Assembly: GCF_009914755.1 (NCBI RefSeq)
Contig: NC_060928.1
Strand: one strand, 5' to 3'
Length of the DNA stretch: 64,000 nt
Origin: the human T2T-CHM13v2.0 reference genome, Homo sapiens
Shown: positions 17,266 to 32,588 of the stretch, piece after piece
Layout of the letters: each line of letters opens with the position of its first letter
How positions within the stretch are numbered: position 1 is the first letter of the stretch
Notes under the pieces: model-generated
Told to the model about the DNA's origin: nothing
What the model saw: only the letters and a program-made list of their open reading frames with translations
Databases searched by the model: none
Translations under genes and position numbers: made by a program

Positions 17266-18576
17266 TAAATAATACAGCCTAAATAATACAACTCAAGGTA
17301 TTTTTAAATTATTATTATCAATACTGAGTATTAATTATAATATGATACATCTATGATACAGATTACACATTCCATAGATATTAACCTCATTTTATTGATA
17401 CAATAATTGGTAACTTGACCATGAATTTATCCACTCATTCATCAAATTTATATTGAAGCTTTACCTCCTCGATACCATGGTTCCTAAAACCCAACCTGAA
17501 AGTTGATTATTCTTTACATGAAACCACAACACATAATTTAAAAATCTGGATATCTTATGGAAACTTCATTAATTACCATTTGAGATTTAAGATGTTTTCT
17601 TCTTACTGTTATATATATACCCCCATATTTGATACGATGCTATGAACATCATAAGAGTCCTGATATGCTTAGTAATTATTTTAAACATTTAATTGATCAT
17701 CTACTACAATGTCATGCTGAGGATTAATATCAAGCTTGAATCAATTCCTGCAATTTACTTAAAATAAGATGAAAATGGTACACTGTAGACTGTAAAATGA
17801 AATTTGTTAAAATAATTCAATGTCAATAACTCCCTTATGGCATCAAGCAGGGTACATCATTGGCAAATAGTAGACCATCTTTGAATGCTGAGAAAAGAGA
17901 AAATGTAATAACTGTTCTCATCCTACCAGGTGCTATTTCACTAAGTGCCATAACTTATAAAAAATTCTGTTCAGAATAGGCAATATAAGGTGAGGAGGAT
18001 GTGATCTCCCTGTTGATAGTTCTAACCAGTAATTTAAGCCTGCTTCATTCTGTACCACCTGTAGACTCCATGTGGGCCTAGAGCATAGAAAGCAGAATCA
18101 GACCCTTAAGCCTGGATGAGTCAATGCTACTCCATGCTCTGTTATAATTTACTGTAGTTACAAACGTTATAAAGAAAACTGGTATGAAAATTCATCTTTT
18201 AAACAAAATCCAAACCATACTTTAGAAGCATTCATGCAATTTCCATCTTGTTAATGTCTAATTTCTATGTTTTTACATATTTTCCTGTTATTTTTATATT
18301 TTTTATTAACTAATATTTGTTTTTCTTTCCTTCTCCATTCCTTTGTTTTCCCTGTAGAGAACCATCCCCCAGTTGGATGTCAGTCAGTGTAATCAACTTT
18401 GTTCATTTTATTATTTCTTTTTCCAATTGCTAGTATCCAAATCAGCTATTTAATAAAGGAAAATAAGGCATTTGGGAAGTTTGCTTGCCCCCCACTTTGG
18501 TGTCCCCCACCCTAATAGTTTTCAAGAAGTACCAGGTTTAAAAATGGAATGCTCTCATCTGCTCCTTCATTGTTTC

Positions 18577-18847
18577 TTTTTTTTTTTTTTTTTTTTTTGA
18601 GACAGTCTCACTCTTGTCGCCCAGGCTGGAGTGACGTGGCGCGATCTCGGCTCACTGCAACCTCCGCTTCCTGTGTTCAAAGGATTCTCCTGCCCCACCC
18701 TCCTGAGTAGCTGGGACTACAGGCACCCGCCACCACGCCCGGCTAATTTTTTTTTGTATTTTTAGTAGAGACGGGATTTCACCATATTAGACAGACTGGT
18801 CTCAAAACTCCTGATATTGTGATCCACCGGCCTCGGCCTCCCAGAGT
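18577..18847 (-). mobile_element. AluS (Sg/Sc-like), 5'-truncated by about 35 nt
   Basis: Long T tail; the body stops at ctcggcctcccagagt; TSD cattgttt on both sides. Confidence 0.93.
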
Positions 18848-20271
18848 CCATTGTTTTTTATAAGAATAATAGATTCTGTGCTAAAACCCTGCACTTGTGA
18901 TTCCTCATCTGTACCATAATGGAACAGCTCACAACTACAGAATTTTGCTTGGGAATCTGTGGGAAACAACTGCTCCCACTTGAGCTATTCAGAGCTGACT
19001 GCAACGATCAGTCAGCTTATGGGACTTCAGAAGTTGCAGTAATGAAAGTTCATTCCACAACAACTTGGAAAGTGAAAATATTATGGAGATGGCTTTGCTC
19101 CCCCTCCTTTCGAGTCCCTTGTGAATTTTTGGTCAAACACCCATTCCTGTCTAAAACATTCCTCCTACAGACCAATCACCTGGATAATTGCATTTCCACT
19201 AAGAAAGATGCAAGGGAGAAAACAACCAAAAATAACACACAGTGACTCACAGTCATTTGAAAAAATGTTTCTGATTAGGTTTCATATTCAGCACACATAT
19301 TTCTAAAGGCCCTGGATCTTGAGTTAAATCACATTGAGCAAGCATGTTGTTTCTTTATGGTCTTTAGTAGTTATTTTGTGTGTGTGTGGTGGGGTTGTGT
19401 TTGTGTGTTACCAAGGCATTGAGTATTATAAATTCCAGCAGATAGACTGAAAAAGACAAAAAATGCAACTTTTTTACCCTTTAGGCCTCAGCTAGATAGC
19501 TAGGAGAATTTATCTCTCCTGCCCTGAGGAGGCATAAATAACGACAGGACTGATATGGGGAAAGCAGACAAGCCACTCCCCCCATACGAGGAATTCCTTT
19601 CCAACAAGGTCTTCTTAGTGCATTTTTTTTTTTTGTAGTCCAGGTGCAAGCTATTACCTTGTTTGTGACAACAAAGCATGTGATCTCAGCCTGCGTATTT
19701 ACAAATGAGTACAGGTGGCATTACAAAATAGACTTTGGAATAGACATTAGAAAGCAGAAAAACAGCAGTGTGTCACAGAGAGTTTTTTCAAAATTGTTTT
19801 ACTACAGTTACAATTTTTTCTCATTCAAAGACCAAACTTTCTGGCTAAAACCATTATTACTATTATTATTATTGTCAATATTATTGCTACATATTATTGT
19901 TACTTATCATCACAAAAGGGCTCACCAAAGCCACCATCAATTACTTACATTATATTTACACATACCAAAAAAGAGTTGCAAGAAATAAAATCTGAAGCTT
20001 AGGCAGCAGTGATTAGCCCTTTTTCAAGGTTATTAATTTTGAATAATGCTTTGTTTCCATGGAAATGATTTAGTGATATTAATACAAAGAGAAATAAAAA
20101 TGAGAAAAATGATTTGAAATGAAGATGAATTAGTGATTCCAATCTCTATATGTGTCTTTTTACCTCTTATTCTTTATGTAAACCACATATACATGTCACA
20201 CACAACATAAATGTTACTCATAACGTAATATCACATAAAACAAATAGCCTAGCACTGTCCATAGCATTTAA

Positions 20272-20668
<397 letters not shown>

Positions 20669-23119
20669 TAAAGATTGAGAATGGTGAGTAAAAAAAGAGA
20701 TGAGAATATGCCTTTATGATTCAGAGCACTGAATGAAGAGCAGAATGTAATTATGTAACTTTGACCTTTAAATTCTCTTAAATCTCTTTAGTGTATTTTA
20801 TAAAACAGTTGTCTTTTTTAAAGTACAAGTTACTAATTGGAATAGTTTTGGATAATATAGAAAGTGAAACTATATTTTTCGGAATTAAATACTATATTTA
20901 CTATTCTATGCTAGAACACTTGTTCCTTGAATGTCTAAATCAGCAGCTACTAGTAAAGATTGTCACTTGTAATAGTTTATAAAACTGTTTAAAGAGTAAG
21001 TAACAAGATAAATTAGCCCTGGACTTTAAAACTTTGTTCAAATTGTGTTTAACTTCCAGCTAAGAGAATTTTAATTATTTGTGGAGATATTCTATTGCTC
21101 CAAGACTATAATGCAATATTTCTTTCCAAGATACCTTACCTTAAAAAGAAAAGAAAAAACTTTGTGCAACATTTACAAAAATTGCGTTTTGCTTCAAACA
21201 TAAAAGTTGATGCCATAGAACTCTTGCCAATAATATCTTAAATAAGAAATAATATTTAGTGCCTTGTACCAAAACTCATTAAACATAAATTTCCAAATAC
21301 TGTTATATCAAGTAATGGCTTTGTCTGTGTTTGACCTACCCTATAATATAACTAAGGAAAAAAGTAATAAGTGTCTTTTAGATGCTCAGGATGTTTTTAA
21401 TTGGGATGAAAGGAAATCTCTCAAAACTCAAACCCATTCAAACTTTTGAATATCTGCTATATAACTCGAAAGAGGTAATGATATGCATTTACATATCTTT
21501 CTTAAAATTTTTAAATATAACTAAGAGGTATATGACTCACAACATCCATAAAAGTTAAACCCAAATCGGAAGGTAAGTTGTCTTAGCAAACTTGGTAATT
21601 AGAATGATTTTTTTTTCCTTGACGCTACTTTTACTTGAATACATGGAACAGATGTGACATTATAAATTATCTATCCCAAATAGATCTGATGACTAAGACA
21701 TTGCGTAAAAAGCTAAAATTAGAGACTATTTCAAATATATTTAAAATTTAGAAAAATCCCAATTCATTAAACTATAATTACGTAGCTCATCTATCAATAA
21801 ATGCAATAAATCTCATTTATATCTTCTATAAAGGAAAAGGTCATGCCTCCTACTTAGATTTGTTCTGTTTCTACATTACATAAATGCATGTGCACATTCC
21901 TATGCACACACAGAACTGCCGCCACATTTCACCATCGTCAATTTGCTTCTACCACCATCATTTTGAAAGACATTTTAAAGGAATATTACTTTAATAAAAT
22001 TTCAACAGAAAAACTATAGGCAGAATATATCCATATTGTCTGTCACTAGTCAAGGATACTGCAGACAAAAACCAACAGTAGAATTACATAAATTTTAGAA
22101 AAGTTTAGCAAAATAATAGCAAAAACGTTTTAAAGGATAAAATAATACTAACTTTAGCATGTCTCACAAGGAAGTAACTTTGTTTTATTAACTGAATAGT
22201 CATGATAATATTATTATCATTCAAGAACTACATGAGTCATAAGATATATTGGTTATAATAAAAAGAAATCAACTCCTTACTTATAATTTAGCTTGTTTGG
22301 AATAAGTATTTGCTATGAAAACTGTATCTTTCAAATATTTAGGAAGCTAAAATACTTTTTACCTGAAAATTTTCTATCTTCTGCTGTAGACTATTGTTGC
22401 AATAATATTAATAAAATTAAAACAGTTCCAGTTAAAATCACTGGCTGGTTGTGAGAATTTATTAGGTGGCCTTATTTTGACATATCACAGTTCATCTCCT
22501 CTTTTAGTATCTTTCCTTATTAATTCAAATTTCACTTCCTCAGAAATAGAAAGCTTTTTCCTATTATGCAGAATGTGAAATGGAATTAGTAGTTTTAAAG
22601 AAGACTACAGTAGAGAATTTTTAGTATCTCACTGAATAAAGTAAATAAACCACAGTAATAGGCTGATATATGTTTGCATTGTTAAAAAAAAGAAACAGTT
22701 GACATAGAATGTTTAATTCTTCTTAATTAATGAATAAAAGTAGGAGAGTACATTTAAAAATAAATATTCTTTGATCTCAGAAACTGGAAATATAAAACAA
22801 TGGCTGTGGGTTTTTTTCCAGAACTGTTTAATAGCACATGCTGTGCTCTCAGTTTCAATGTGGGTTAGTGTACTTTGTCTCTGTGATGTAAGAAAAACCC
22901 CTTCCTGAAGTGAGAATATGGTGACAGATTCCGGAGGAAAGCAAAGCTTTGGCTGTATTAAATTCAATCCAAAGAAGAAAGTGAACTAAAAATCTATTTG
23001 CCACATTCTACATTTATCCATCTAGCTGTGCAAAGAAAACATATTTCAATGTAGAAATCCTATCTAAATTCATATAATGATCTACATAGATATCATGTTG
23101 TAAATGAGTAGATTAGCTC

Positions 23120-23622
23120 TACCAGTTAGCTTCTGCTGCAAAAAAACCACCCCAAATCAGTGACTTAAAACAACAACCTTTAGCCCACAATTCTGTGGGT
23201 TAGCTGAGCTGAGCTGAGCTCAGCTAGGCTGTTCTCCTGATCCCAATTGGACTTACTCACATGTCTGCAGGCAATAATGCAGCTGTGCTTGTATTGGCTC
23301 ACTGTTGGCTGGAGAGACAAGATAAACTGGGCCATATGTATCTCACCTTCCAGCAGGTTAGCTCAACCTTGTTCATGTGCTAGCTGGACAGGTTTCCCTG
23401 GAGGCTCTTGTATGTAAGATCTTTTGAGGCCTAAGCTTGGAACTGGTGCAATATTGCTTCTGCCACATTCTCTCTTCCAAAGAAAGTTACAAGGCCAGCT
23501 CAGATTCAAAGAGTAGAGAAATAGACTCCATCATATGGTGAGAAGAGCTGCAATGTCACATCGCATTGTTTATGGATACAAGCACAAAATATTATGTGAC
23601 CATTTTTTTGTAGACTACTATG
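23120..23622 (-). mobile_element. MLT1 (G/H/I group) solo LTR
   Basis: cagttagcttctgctgc...ccaccccaaatcagtgacttaaaacaac...ttctgccacattct...aaatagactcca. Confidence 0.8.
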
Positions 23623-25398
23623 GTAGATTACATATATTAACCATTTTATAAAGACTTGCTATTTAAATGGATGAGTTAATAACCACATGAATAAGTGAAT
23701 AATTGGATGATGAAGAGGAGAAGTAATATAACTCTCCTCAGTAAAGTAATATCTTCATTAACTGGTCATGGTCCAGGTCAAAAATATTGATAATATTTTG
23801 TGACTACTGTTTATTCATACCAATAGGCTGTTTTGACTAAATTGAGTATTTGTTTCAGTTTTCTAATCTTTTTATTTATATGCCACTCTCTGAGTTTTCG
23901 TTTCCTGAATTGTTAATATAGTTCAGTTATTACTAAAGAATATTTTTTAAACTCATTTTTGAATAAAAGTTTCAAATTTCTTTTGTAGTTATTTATCTCA
24001 TTAAATTATTTATGCCCATTATATAGTCATTTATTATTCTCATTTTGTCAAACTGGAAAACTAAAATTTATAAGGAAATAATAAAGTATTACTTATATGT
24101 ATATAATACAAATAAAACTGATATCAAAGGTAAGTTTAAATTTAAAACCTTAACTTTTAGGCAAGCTTTCACTATATTTTTAATGTCTAATTTTCCTTCT
24201 ACCTCAAAGTAAGAATAATTATTTGAATAGGTCTTTTTCATCCAAATTGCATCTTCATTTCTCCTGGTGTACTTTTATAAAATGAAGAGCACTCTGATAA
24301 TGAGCTTTAAAAAAAACTGGAAATCATCCATAACTAAATGTCTGCCCACATGCAGTACATCTCAAAGTATGGGCACAGATCTGTAAGAGCAGCAACAATG
24401 CAAAGATAATTCAATGTCTAAGTAATTATCATGCGAGCTTCTGAAATTTTAGAATATATATGACGACATTTACTATAGATGGTAAAAAGTTGCTCAAATG
24501 CTTATGTGAAATGCATTAATTTAGAATGCATGCAGTATATAAATTTGATTCGGGCTGGCATTCTACCTTGGTAGGTCCATATGTTAAATTAAGTTCAACC
24601 TCATAATTGTCCCTGCAGTTAGGATATCAGTACAAAAAAAGATCAATGCTAGGTTACTGTTTGAGCACAGACAAGGTGCAGGGTTTTATGGTCCCTTAGC
24701 TTGCTTCACTATGTGACATTATTAAAATTTTCATAGAGCATAGCATTATACAGAGCTCAATTTGAAAAAGGGTAATGCCCCTTTGAGAGAGTTAGCTCAT
24801 TTTGTTTTTATTGGTTGTAATGTGTGTGGTGCCAAGCCTCTAGTTTTATCTTCACTGCTTTAAAGAGAAAAACTTGTCTAAGAAGACAAACAAATTAAAA
24901 TGCAACTACATCTGCTAATTTCCTTTGTTCTTTGTTTATGAAAAAATTTAGCTTTGTGGGAAATTTTTTTTTTGTTTTATTTTATTGTAAGGTGCATCCC
25001 ACCTATCTCCTGTGTCCTGGAGTTGGAAGGAAAACAAAATTTGGGATTAGAAGTTCTCTTAAAACATCTCTGAAAGAAGAAATAGTCTATCTGAACGTAA
25101 CTCAAATTAGGTATAAGAAGATTATTTATAATAGCTCTCAAGAGATACTATATATTATATGTATACTACATCATCTATAATATATCATCTGTAACACACA
25201 CTGTATACTACTACTGTATATTATAGTCTACTAATATTCAGAGGCCCTCTCTGGCTATACATTGGCAATACTGTATGTGAGTGTATGGATGTTGCCATCT
25301 GTACATACAAATCACAGTTTATATACAGCATGTGCTTATTTCTCTGGTCCTCGTCTATGGTTAAAGACTCAAGACTTCTTTATTAAAAATGGATCTTG

Positions 25399-25715
<317 letters not shown>

Positions 25716-26411
25716 CTAATTTAAGTTGTAATATATTTCATTTACAAAATACGCACAATTATATGTCTTACATATTGTACTCCTTGATGACCTCATTACA
25801 GAAGTTGGTGATTTTACATAAGAAAATGGTCCTTTTAATTAAACAGAACTACCTGAAAATACCTATACGGGAAAGTTAGCCTGTGAGTAATCAATGTATA
25901 CATGATCTTTATTTTTTCAAAAAACTTGGAAAAATGGTAATAGTATTTTTACATAAGAGATTTCTTACACTCAGAAATGTGATTTCCTAAATCATCCAGG
26001 AATACATAGAGAAAAATCAAAATTTCCTCTATCTTCATCAAACAAACTCTTCAGACTCACTGCAGCAATTTGAAAGATTGCCTTATCAATGTCACCCAAG
26101 CTATACTTTTGGACCAGGCTCAGACTGATTTCATAGCAACATTACTTCACATATTATACCAACTTTACAAATTTGTAATGACAAAAGAGAGTGAATGAAA
26201 GTCACGATATGTATTATTTTAGTTTCTATAAATTATGATAACCTATATTTTAAGTATTTATTTTCTGAAGTAGAAATTTTTTTAAAAAAATTTAGAAACA
26301 CAGGCTCTTCAATATTGAAATAAAATATAGAGATTATCTCAGAGAATCTAACATTCACTCTAGGATTCCCTTATATATGATCCCTCATGTCTGCTTAAAA
26401 AAATCATCTGG

Positions 26412-26725
26412 TGGCGGGCAAGTGGCATCAGGGAGATATTGGTCAAAGGACATAAAATTTTAGGTAGATAGAAGAAATAATTTCAAGAGATCTCTTGTAC
26501 AATATGGTTACTATAATTAATAATAACATATTGTATTCTTGAAAATTGCTGAATGTAGATTATAAGCGTTCTTACCACACACAAAAAATTGTATGAAGTA
26601 ATGCATATGTTAATTAGCTCAATTTAGCTATTCCATAATGCATACATATTTTAAACAACATGACGTTGTTTAAGATAAATGTATACATCTTTTATTTTTC
26701 AATTTAAAAAACAAATTTAAAAAAT
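26412..26725 (+). mobile_element. L1MA 3' end
   Basis: ttggtcaaagga...ttcaagagatct...cttgaaaattgct...taatgcatatgttaattagctcaatttagc, typical of the L1MA 3'UTR. Confidence 0.85.
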
Positions 26726-26929
26726 TTTCTGTGAACTGGAGTTTATTACATCAATAGAAAGACCATGATACTTTGTTTTAAAATTCTTATATTGTACTAA
26801 AATAATATTCCTCACATTAAGCCTAACTTACCATTAGTAGTTCTCCTTTATGAAACTAATTGAAGTTCTTGATTTCCCTTCTATATGAGCATCTTTTCAA
26901 ATATTTAGTAGTAACCGTATTAACAATAA

Positions 26930-27185
26930 CATTAATAATAAATTTATTGATTACTCTTCCAATATAATAATTTCAGGAACAGTTTTTGTTTTTTGCAGAT
27001 CTTTTAACAGTAACAACATTCTTAAAAAGTAGACCCAGTTATTAATGTCATTTTACAAATATGGGGAAATGGGGAAAAGATATGAACGATATTTGCCAAA
27101 GGTTAAGAAACTTGCCTGATGGGACTGGATCAAACCTAAGGAACCTGGTTCCACAGCTGAGAAAGCTAAATATTGTGCTATAATA
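26930..27185 (-). mobile_element. MIR
   Basis: atttattgattact...cattttacaaat...atttgccaaaggtt antisense MIR motifs. Confidence 0.6.
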
Positions 27186-29501
27186 ATGCAGCTCTTATAT
27201 TGCCTTTAAGTCTTTCCTTCTCAAATACGTGCATTTCTATCATTTTTCATATATCAAGAATTGGAGTGTCTTCACAATCTCTTGAATTATCCTGTGTGTA
27301 AACTGCTACTTTTCAGAATCAGATACAATAGGTTGAATGTGGCATAACTCAGGAAAATTTTTGAGGGCTGATTTTTCCACTTCGTCTAAAGACCATAGCA
27401 GTGTAAATGTAGTTTAAGCTAGCACAAGCTTGGGGTAGTCAGGTCATATGGTTGACTCTAATGGAGGAGAAGATCAGTGCAAAGACTCAAGACTCGTTCA
27501 CAAGAACTATTGCCAATTAGATCTCCTTAAATCTCCACTTTGTAGTTACACTATTGAATGACACAAAGCTATAAATTTATATTCAGTAAATTTTATCCCA
27601 TACAATTTAACTTGTCAAAAGTCTTTGAACTCTGTACTTTCATCCAGAATATTAGCTATCTTTTTAGCATTGTAGGGTTTATCTTATTATAGTTATCAAA
27701 CAATTTCTATTCATTTATTTTTCATTCTTGAACTAAAACAATGTTTTCGGTCCAATGGTCAGCCTAAGGTTACTCTAACATCTTATATTTATCCTCACAA
27801 AGGCAGTCAGGCAAAACTTATTAAAACTTAAAACAGTTTTGAAAACTCATTTGGTTCTCAAACATTCACTCTCCATTAATGTTGCAAAAGAATTGCTTAC
27901 TTGGTAAGGCTTCACTTCCTTTTAGACTTATTTACCTATTCTCTTCCAATTTATGACATTCTTAGACTAAGACAGCGGCAACTCCTTGCAGGAAACAAAA
28001 AAAAAATCACCTAAAAGTAGGAAACCTTTTTCTCATATGTACTCTAAGAGGAACCAATAAAGAGAATAAGGCCACTGTGATAGGAGAGATTTTACTTGTG
28101 TTTTCTGCAAACTCAGTGCATAATTCCCATTGGCATAGTCATTTATCTTAAGTCACTTGGAACTTCGATTGTTTCTATGGCCCCCTTCTGGGATTATTTT
28201 TAAATGCTTATGAGAAACTAAAAAAAAGTAATGAAAAAACAATTTAAACTAATCAGTCTCTTTATTTAGTTAGCATTCTGTTTCCAAACTCTTCCCATAA
28301 TACTTTCAGAAAACACATTCATCTTGTTCTCAGAGATAATTCTTGGTAATCAACAATTACAGAAAGAGAAAAAATCAAATACACTACAGGAAAATATAGA
28401 ATTGTGCAGGACCGGGCTCTTATTTGAAGTGAGCCTGGTACACAGTAATTTCTCATCTGATATAGAGGATTGAAAGATAAGTGAAAATAAAAGTTTTAAA
28501 TTAATTTATACCAAGAATAAAAATCTATTCTTTGGTAGAAACTCAGCTTGTGTAAACTCTTTAATAATATACTTAAGAATTCAACAACGCTTCTGTATGT
28601 AATTCACAGTTACAAATGTCTACAGCTCTGATTCTGACCTTTCAAAACCCCATTAAGCTATGTAAATACAGTACAAAGAAATGTCTACTGTGAATAAACA
28701 GTATTCTAATGTCAACTAAACAAGGACACATTGCCTCACTCTTGTCTCCAGTGCTTACAAGGGCAATGCTGATGTCATAACACATCCTTACTGTTGATTT
28801 ATATGACAGATCTACCATGAGACTCATGTCATGGCCTTCCTGTTCAATGTGTGGTTGGAGAGTAAACCCTACTTATATTATTCTCATATTTGACAAATAT
28901 CACAAACATGGTTAGTGGTCCAATGAACATAATAATAATGAAAATTTTTGAAAAGGGAAAGAAAAGTAAAGGTCCAGGACCTCACATTAAAAAATCATAA
29001 AATGTTGGTAGGACAGCCGTTGATTAGCTTGTTATAGATGTATTAATATTTTTAATTACACAATTAATATTAACTATGGAAAATATAAATCAACACAATC
29101 CCGCCAACCACTGGACATTTTTCTCAACATTTCAACACTTACCTTGCAAAGTATCATCTGTGTATGTAGTGTGTGTATGCATATATGCTCACAATCATAT
29201 AAACACATATAAAAAAGAAAAGAAATCAAATACCAAATATAGTTAAAATACATTTTTCAATTAACAATATATTTGGATCATACTTTTACGTCAAGTAATA
29301 TACTTCTAAAATACCATTTTGATGAATAATTAATATTCTATTTTGTCCTTAACCCAAAGGACAAAATTTTTTGCCCTTGCTTTAAGGCTGCCTGTGTTGA
29401 ATAATGAATTCAAAATAAACAACAGTAGAATTTCTAAAGACTTGGCAAGAAAAGTAATGAAGATATCACTTATTCAACTGTATTAGTTTTCTATCTTTGT
29501 G

Positions 29502-31926
29502 TATCTTAGTTCATTTCAGCCAGCATAACAAAAATATCGTAGACTGAGTGGCTTCAACAACAAACATTTATTTGTCACAGTTCTAGAGTCTGGGAAGTTT
29601 AAGATCAAGTTGCTGGCACATTTGATGTCTAGTGAGGATTTACTTCCTGGTTCATATATAGATATCTTCTCACTGTGTCCTCATATTGAGGAATAGATGG
29701 GCAAGATGTCTGGGGTCTCTTCCAAAATGGTAATCTCACTCATGAAGACTCCACCTTCAAGAATTAATTACCTCACAGAGGCCCCACCTCCTAATACCAT
29801 CGCACTGGGAGTTAAGATCTCAACATACAGGTTTCAGGAGGACACGAACACTCAGACCACAGCATTCCATGCCCGGCTTCCCAAAAGTTATGTCCTTCAC
29901 ACATGAAAAATGCATTCATTTCATTCCAACAACCCCAAAAGTCTTAGCTTGTTCCAGCAATGAAATCTAAAGCCTAAAGTTCAAAGTCTTATTTAAATAT
30001 CAGCTAAATCAGATATTGGTGAGATTTGAAGTACAATTTATCCTGAGGCAAAATTCTTCTCCATCTGTAAGCCTGTGAAATCAAATAATTTATGTGCTTC
30101 CAAAATACAATGCTAGGATGGGCTTAGGATAGACAACTCCATTCCAAAAGGGACAATAGGAAAAAAGAAGTGGCAGGTTCCAAGTAAATAAAATACAATA
30201 AGATAAATTCCTTTATACCTCAGGACTCAAGAATAATCCCCTTTGTCTTGACGCTCTGCATCCAGACCCACTGGGGTGATAACATCATGACTCAGCATCG
30301 TGCTATGCACACTGAGGCTCTCTGCGATGACCCCACTCCCACAATGACTTTGTGGGGCCATACAGCTCTCCCAGACTGGAGTTACAGCTCCATGTTCGTG
30401 ACTGTCCCAGGCTGGGGTTATGGTTCCATGGCTCTGGATGACCTCTTCCTCTTAAACCTAAGTGTAAACAGCCTGGTATCCCAGGCCCATGCACTCTGGA
30501 CCTGTGATATGAGTGGTGGCCCTGATGATCTTTAAATAGCCTTTGGGGTCATTTCTCCATTATCTTGAAGAATAGTGCCTGGCTTCTTTTGGATGGTTGA
30601 TCTATACTAATCTACTTATAAAACAGCCACTTGTCCACACACAGTGTTCTCATTATTTGCAAAATACATAGGCTAAGAATTTTCCAAATATTTAAGTTCT
30701 GCCTTTTTGCTTAGTAATTTCATCTTTAAATCACTTCTCTCTTCTTGCATTTTACTATAGGTGGTCAAGAGGAACCAAGTCACACTTCAACACCTTGCTT
30801 AGAAATTTCCTCAGCTAAATATCCAATTGTATTGCTTCCAAGTTCTAGCTTCCATAAAACACTAGACTACAAACACAATTTAGCCAAGTTTTTTGTCAAT
30901 TTATGACAAGAATTGCCCTTCTTCTGTTGTTCAATGACATGTTCTTCATTTCTATCTAATCTCTCATCAGAATGGCCTTTACCATCCGTATTTCTACTAA
31001 AATTCTGTTCATTATTTAGATATCCTCTATGAAGATTAAGGCTTTCTCTCCCATACTCGTCTTTTCTTTCTGACCCCTCAGCAGAATCAACTTTAATGTC
31101 CATATTTTTAACAAGCACATCAAAACCCTTCTAGCCTCTACACAGTACCCAGTTCTATGGCCACTTCCACATTTTTAGGTATTTGATATGGTAGCACTCC
31201 ACTTCTGATACCAATTTTTATCTAATCTGTTCAGGCTAGTATAACAAAAATATCATAGACTGGGTGGCTTAAACAACAAACCAGTTCATTGATCTTGGAC
31301 TTTCAGTCTCCAGAACTGAGAGAAATAAATGTTTGTTGTTTAAGCCACCCAGTCCACGGCCACTAACAGAAATAAGTGTGTGGTGAGGGCCCACTTGCTG
31401 GTTTATAGATGGCCATTTTCTGTGTTCTCACATGGTGGAAGGGTTGAGAGAGATCTCTGAGGTACTAATATAAGGGCACTAATCCATGTAAAAGGATTCC
31501 ACCCTTGTGACCTAATTAACTCCCAAACGCCCCTCCTTTTATTTTATTTTTTTTTTTCTTTTTTGGAGATAGTGTCTCACTCCATCACCCAGTTTGGAGT
31601 GCAGCAGCACAGTCACAGCTCACAGCACCCTTGACCTCCTCAGCTTCAGTGATCATCCCACCTCAGCCTCTTGAGTAGCTCGGACCACAGGCATGTGCCA
31701 CCATGCCTGGATTATTTTTAAGTATTTTGTAGAGACAGGGTCTCACCAGGTTGCCCAGGTTGGTCTTGAAATCCTGGCCTCTGTGATCCTCCCATCTTCA
31801 CCTCCCAAAGTGCTGAGATTACAGATGTGAGCCACCACAACCAGCCACCATCTTTTAATATCATCAGACTGGGGTTAGTATCTTAACATAAGAATTTGGG
31901 AAGTAAACAAACATTCAGCCACAGCA
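29502..31926 (-). mobile_element. MLT1A/A0-type MaLR element with two LTRs and internal region
   Basis: LTR at 29502-~29865, internal region ~29866-31218, LTR at ~31219-31926; 5-bp TSD ttgtg (29497-29501) / ctgtg (31927-31931). Confidence 0.85.
31537..31846 (-). mobile_element. AluJ inserted in the MLT1A LTR
   Basis: Antisense Alu with cacagctcacagcacccttgacctcc; T-rich tail. Confidence 0.9.
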
Positions 31927-32105
31927 CTGTGATACAAATTACTATCAATGTAACAATTACAAAGAACATTAATTTACTATCTCATAGTTTCTGTGACTCA
32001 GAACTGTGGGTTAGCTGGGTCCTCTGCTCAGGCTCTCTAAAGGCTGAAATCAAAGTGTTGGCCAAGCTGCATTCTCATCTGGAAACTTGACTCAAAAATA
32101 ATTTG

Positions 32106-32588
32106 TTTTTTGTCCTTGTGATAGTTTGCTGAGAATGATGGTTTCCAGCTTCATCCACGTCCCTACAAAGGACATAAACTCATCATTTTTAATGGCTGCA
32201 TAGTATTCCATGGTGTATATGTGCCACATTTTCTTAATCCAGTCTATCATTATTGGACATTTGGGTTGGTTCCAAGTCTTTGCTATTGTGAATAGTGTGA
32301 ATAGTGCCACAATAAACATACGTGTGCATGTGTCTTTATAACAGCATGTTCTCACTCATGGGTGGGAATTGAACAGTGAGAACACATGGACACAGCAAGG
32401 GGAACATCACACACCGGGGCCTGTTGTGGGGTGGGGGGATGGGGGGAGGGATAGCATTAGGAGTTATACCTAATGTTAAATGACGAGTTAATGGGTGCAG
32501 CACACCAACATGGCACATGTATACATATGTAACTAACCTGCACATTGTGCACATGTACCCTAAAACTTAAAGTATAATAATAAAAAAA
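32106..32588 (+). mobile_element. Short 5'-inverted L1PA (L1PA4-like)
   Basis: ORF2 end antisense at 32106-32348, then sense ORF2 terminus, 3'UTR and A tail at 32344-32588; imperfect TSD aaaaataatttgtttt / aaaaaaattgtttt. Confidence 0.93.

Noticed and set aside
18919-19988. 108-aa and 114-aa ORFs in unique sequence
   Set aside because: No homology recognised, low-complexity codons from (TAT)n, and lengths are within chance expectation
26651-26673. 9-bp stem hairpin ttaaacaac-atgac-gttgtttaa
   Set aside because: Short and within an L1MA 3'UTR; compatible with chance in AT-rich DNA
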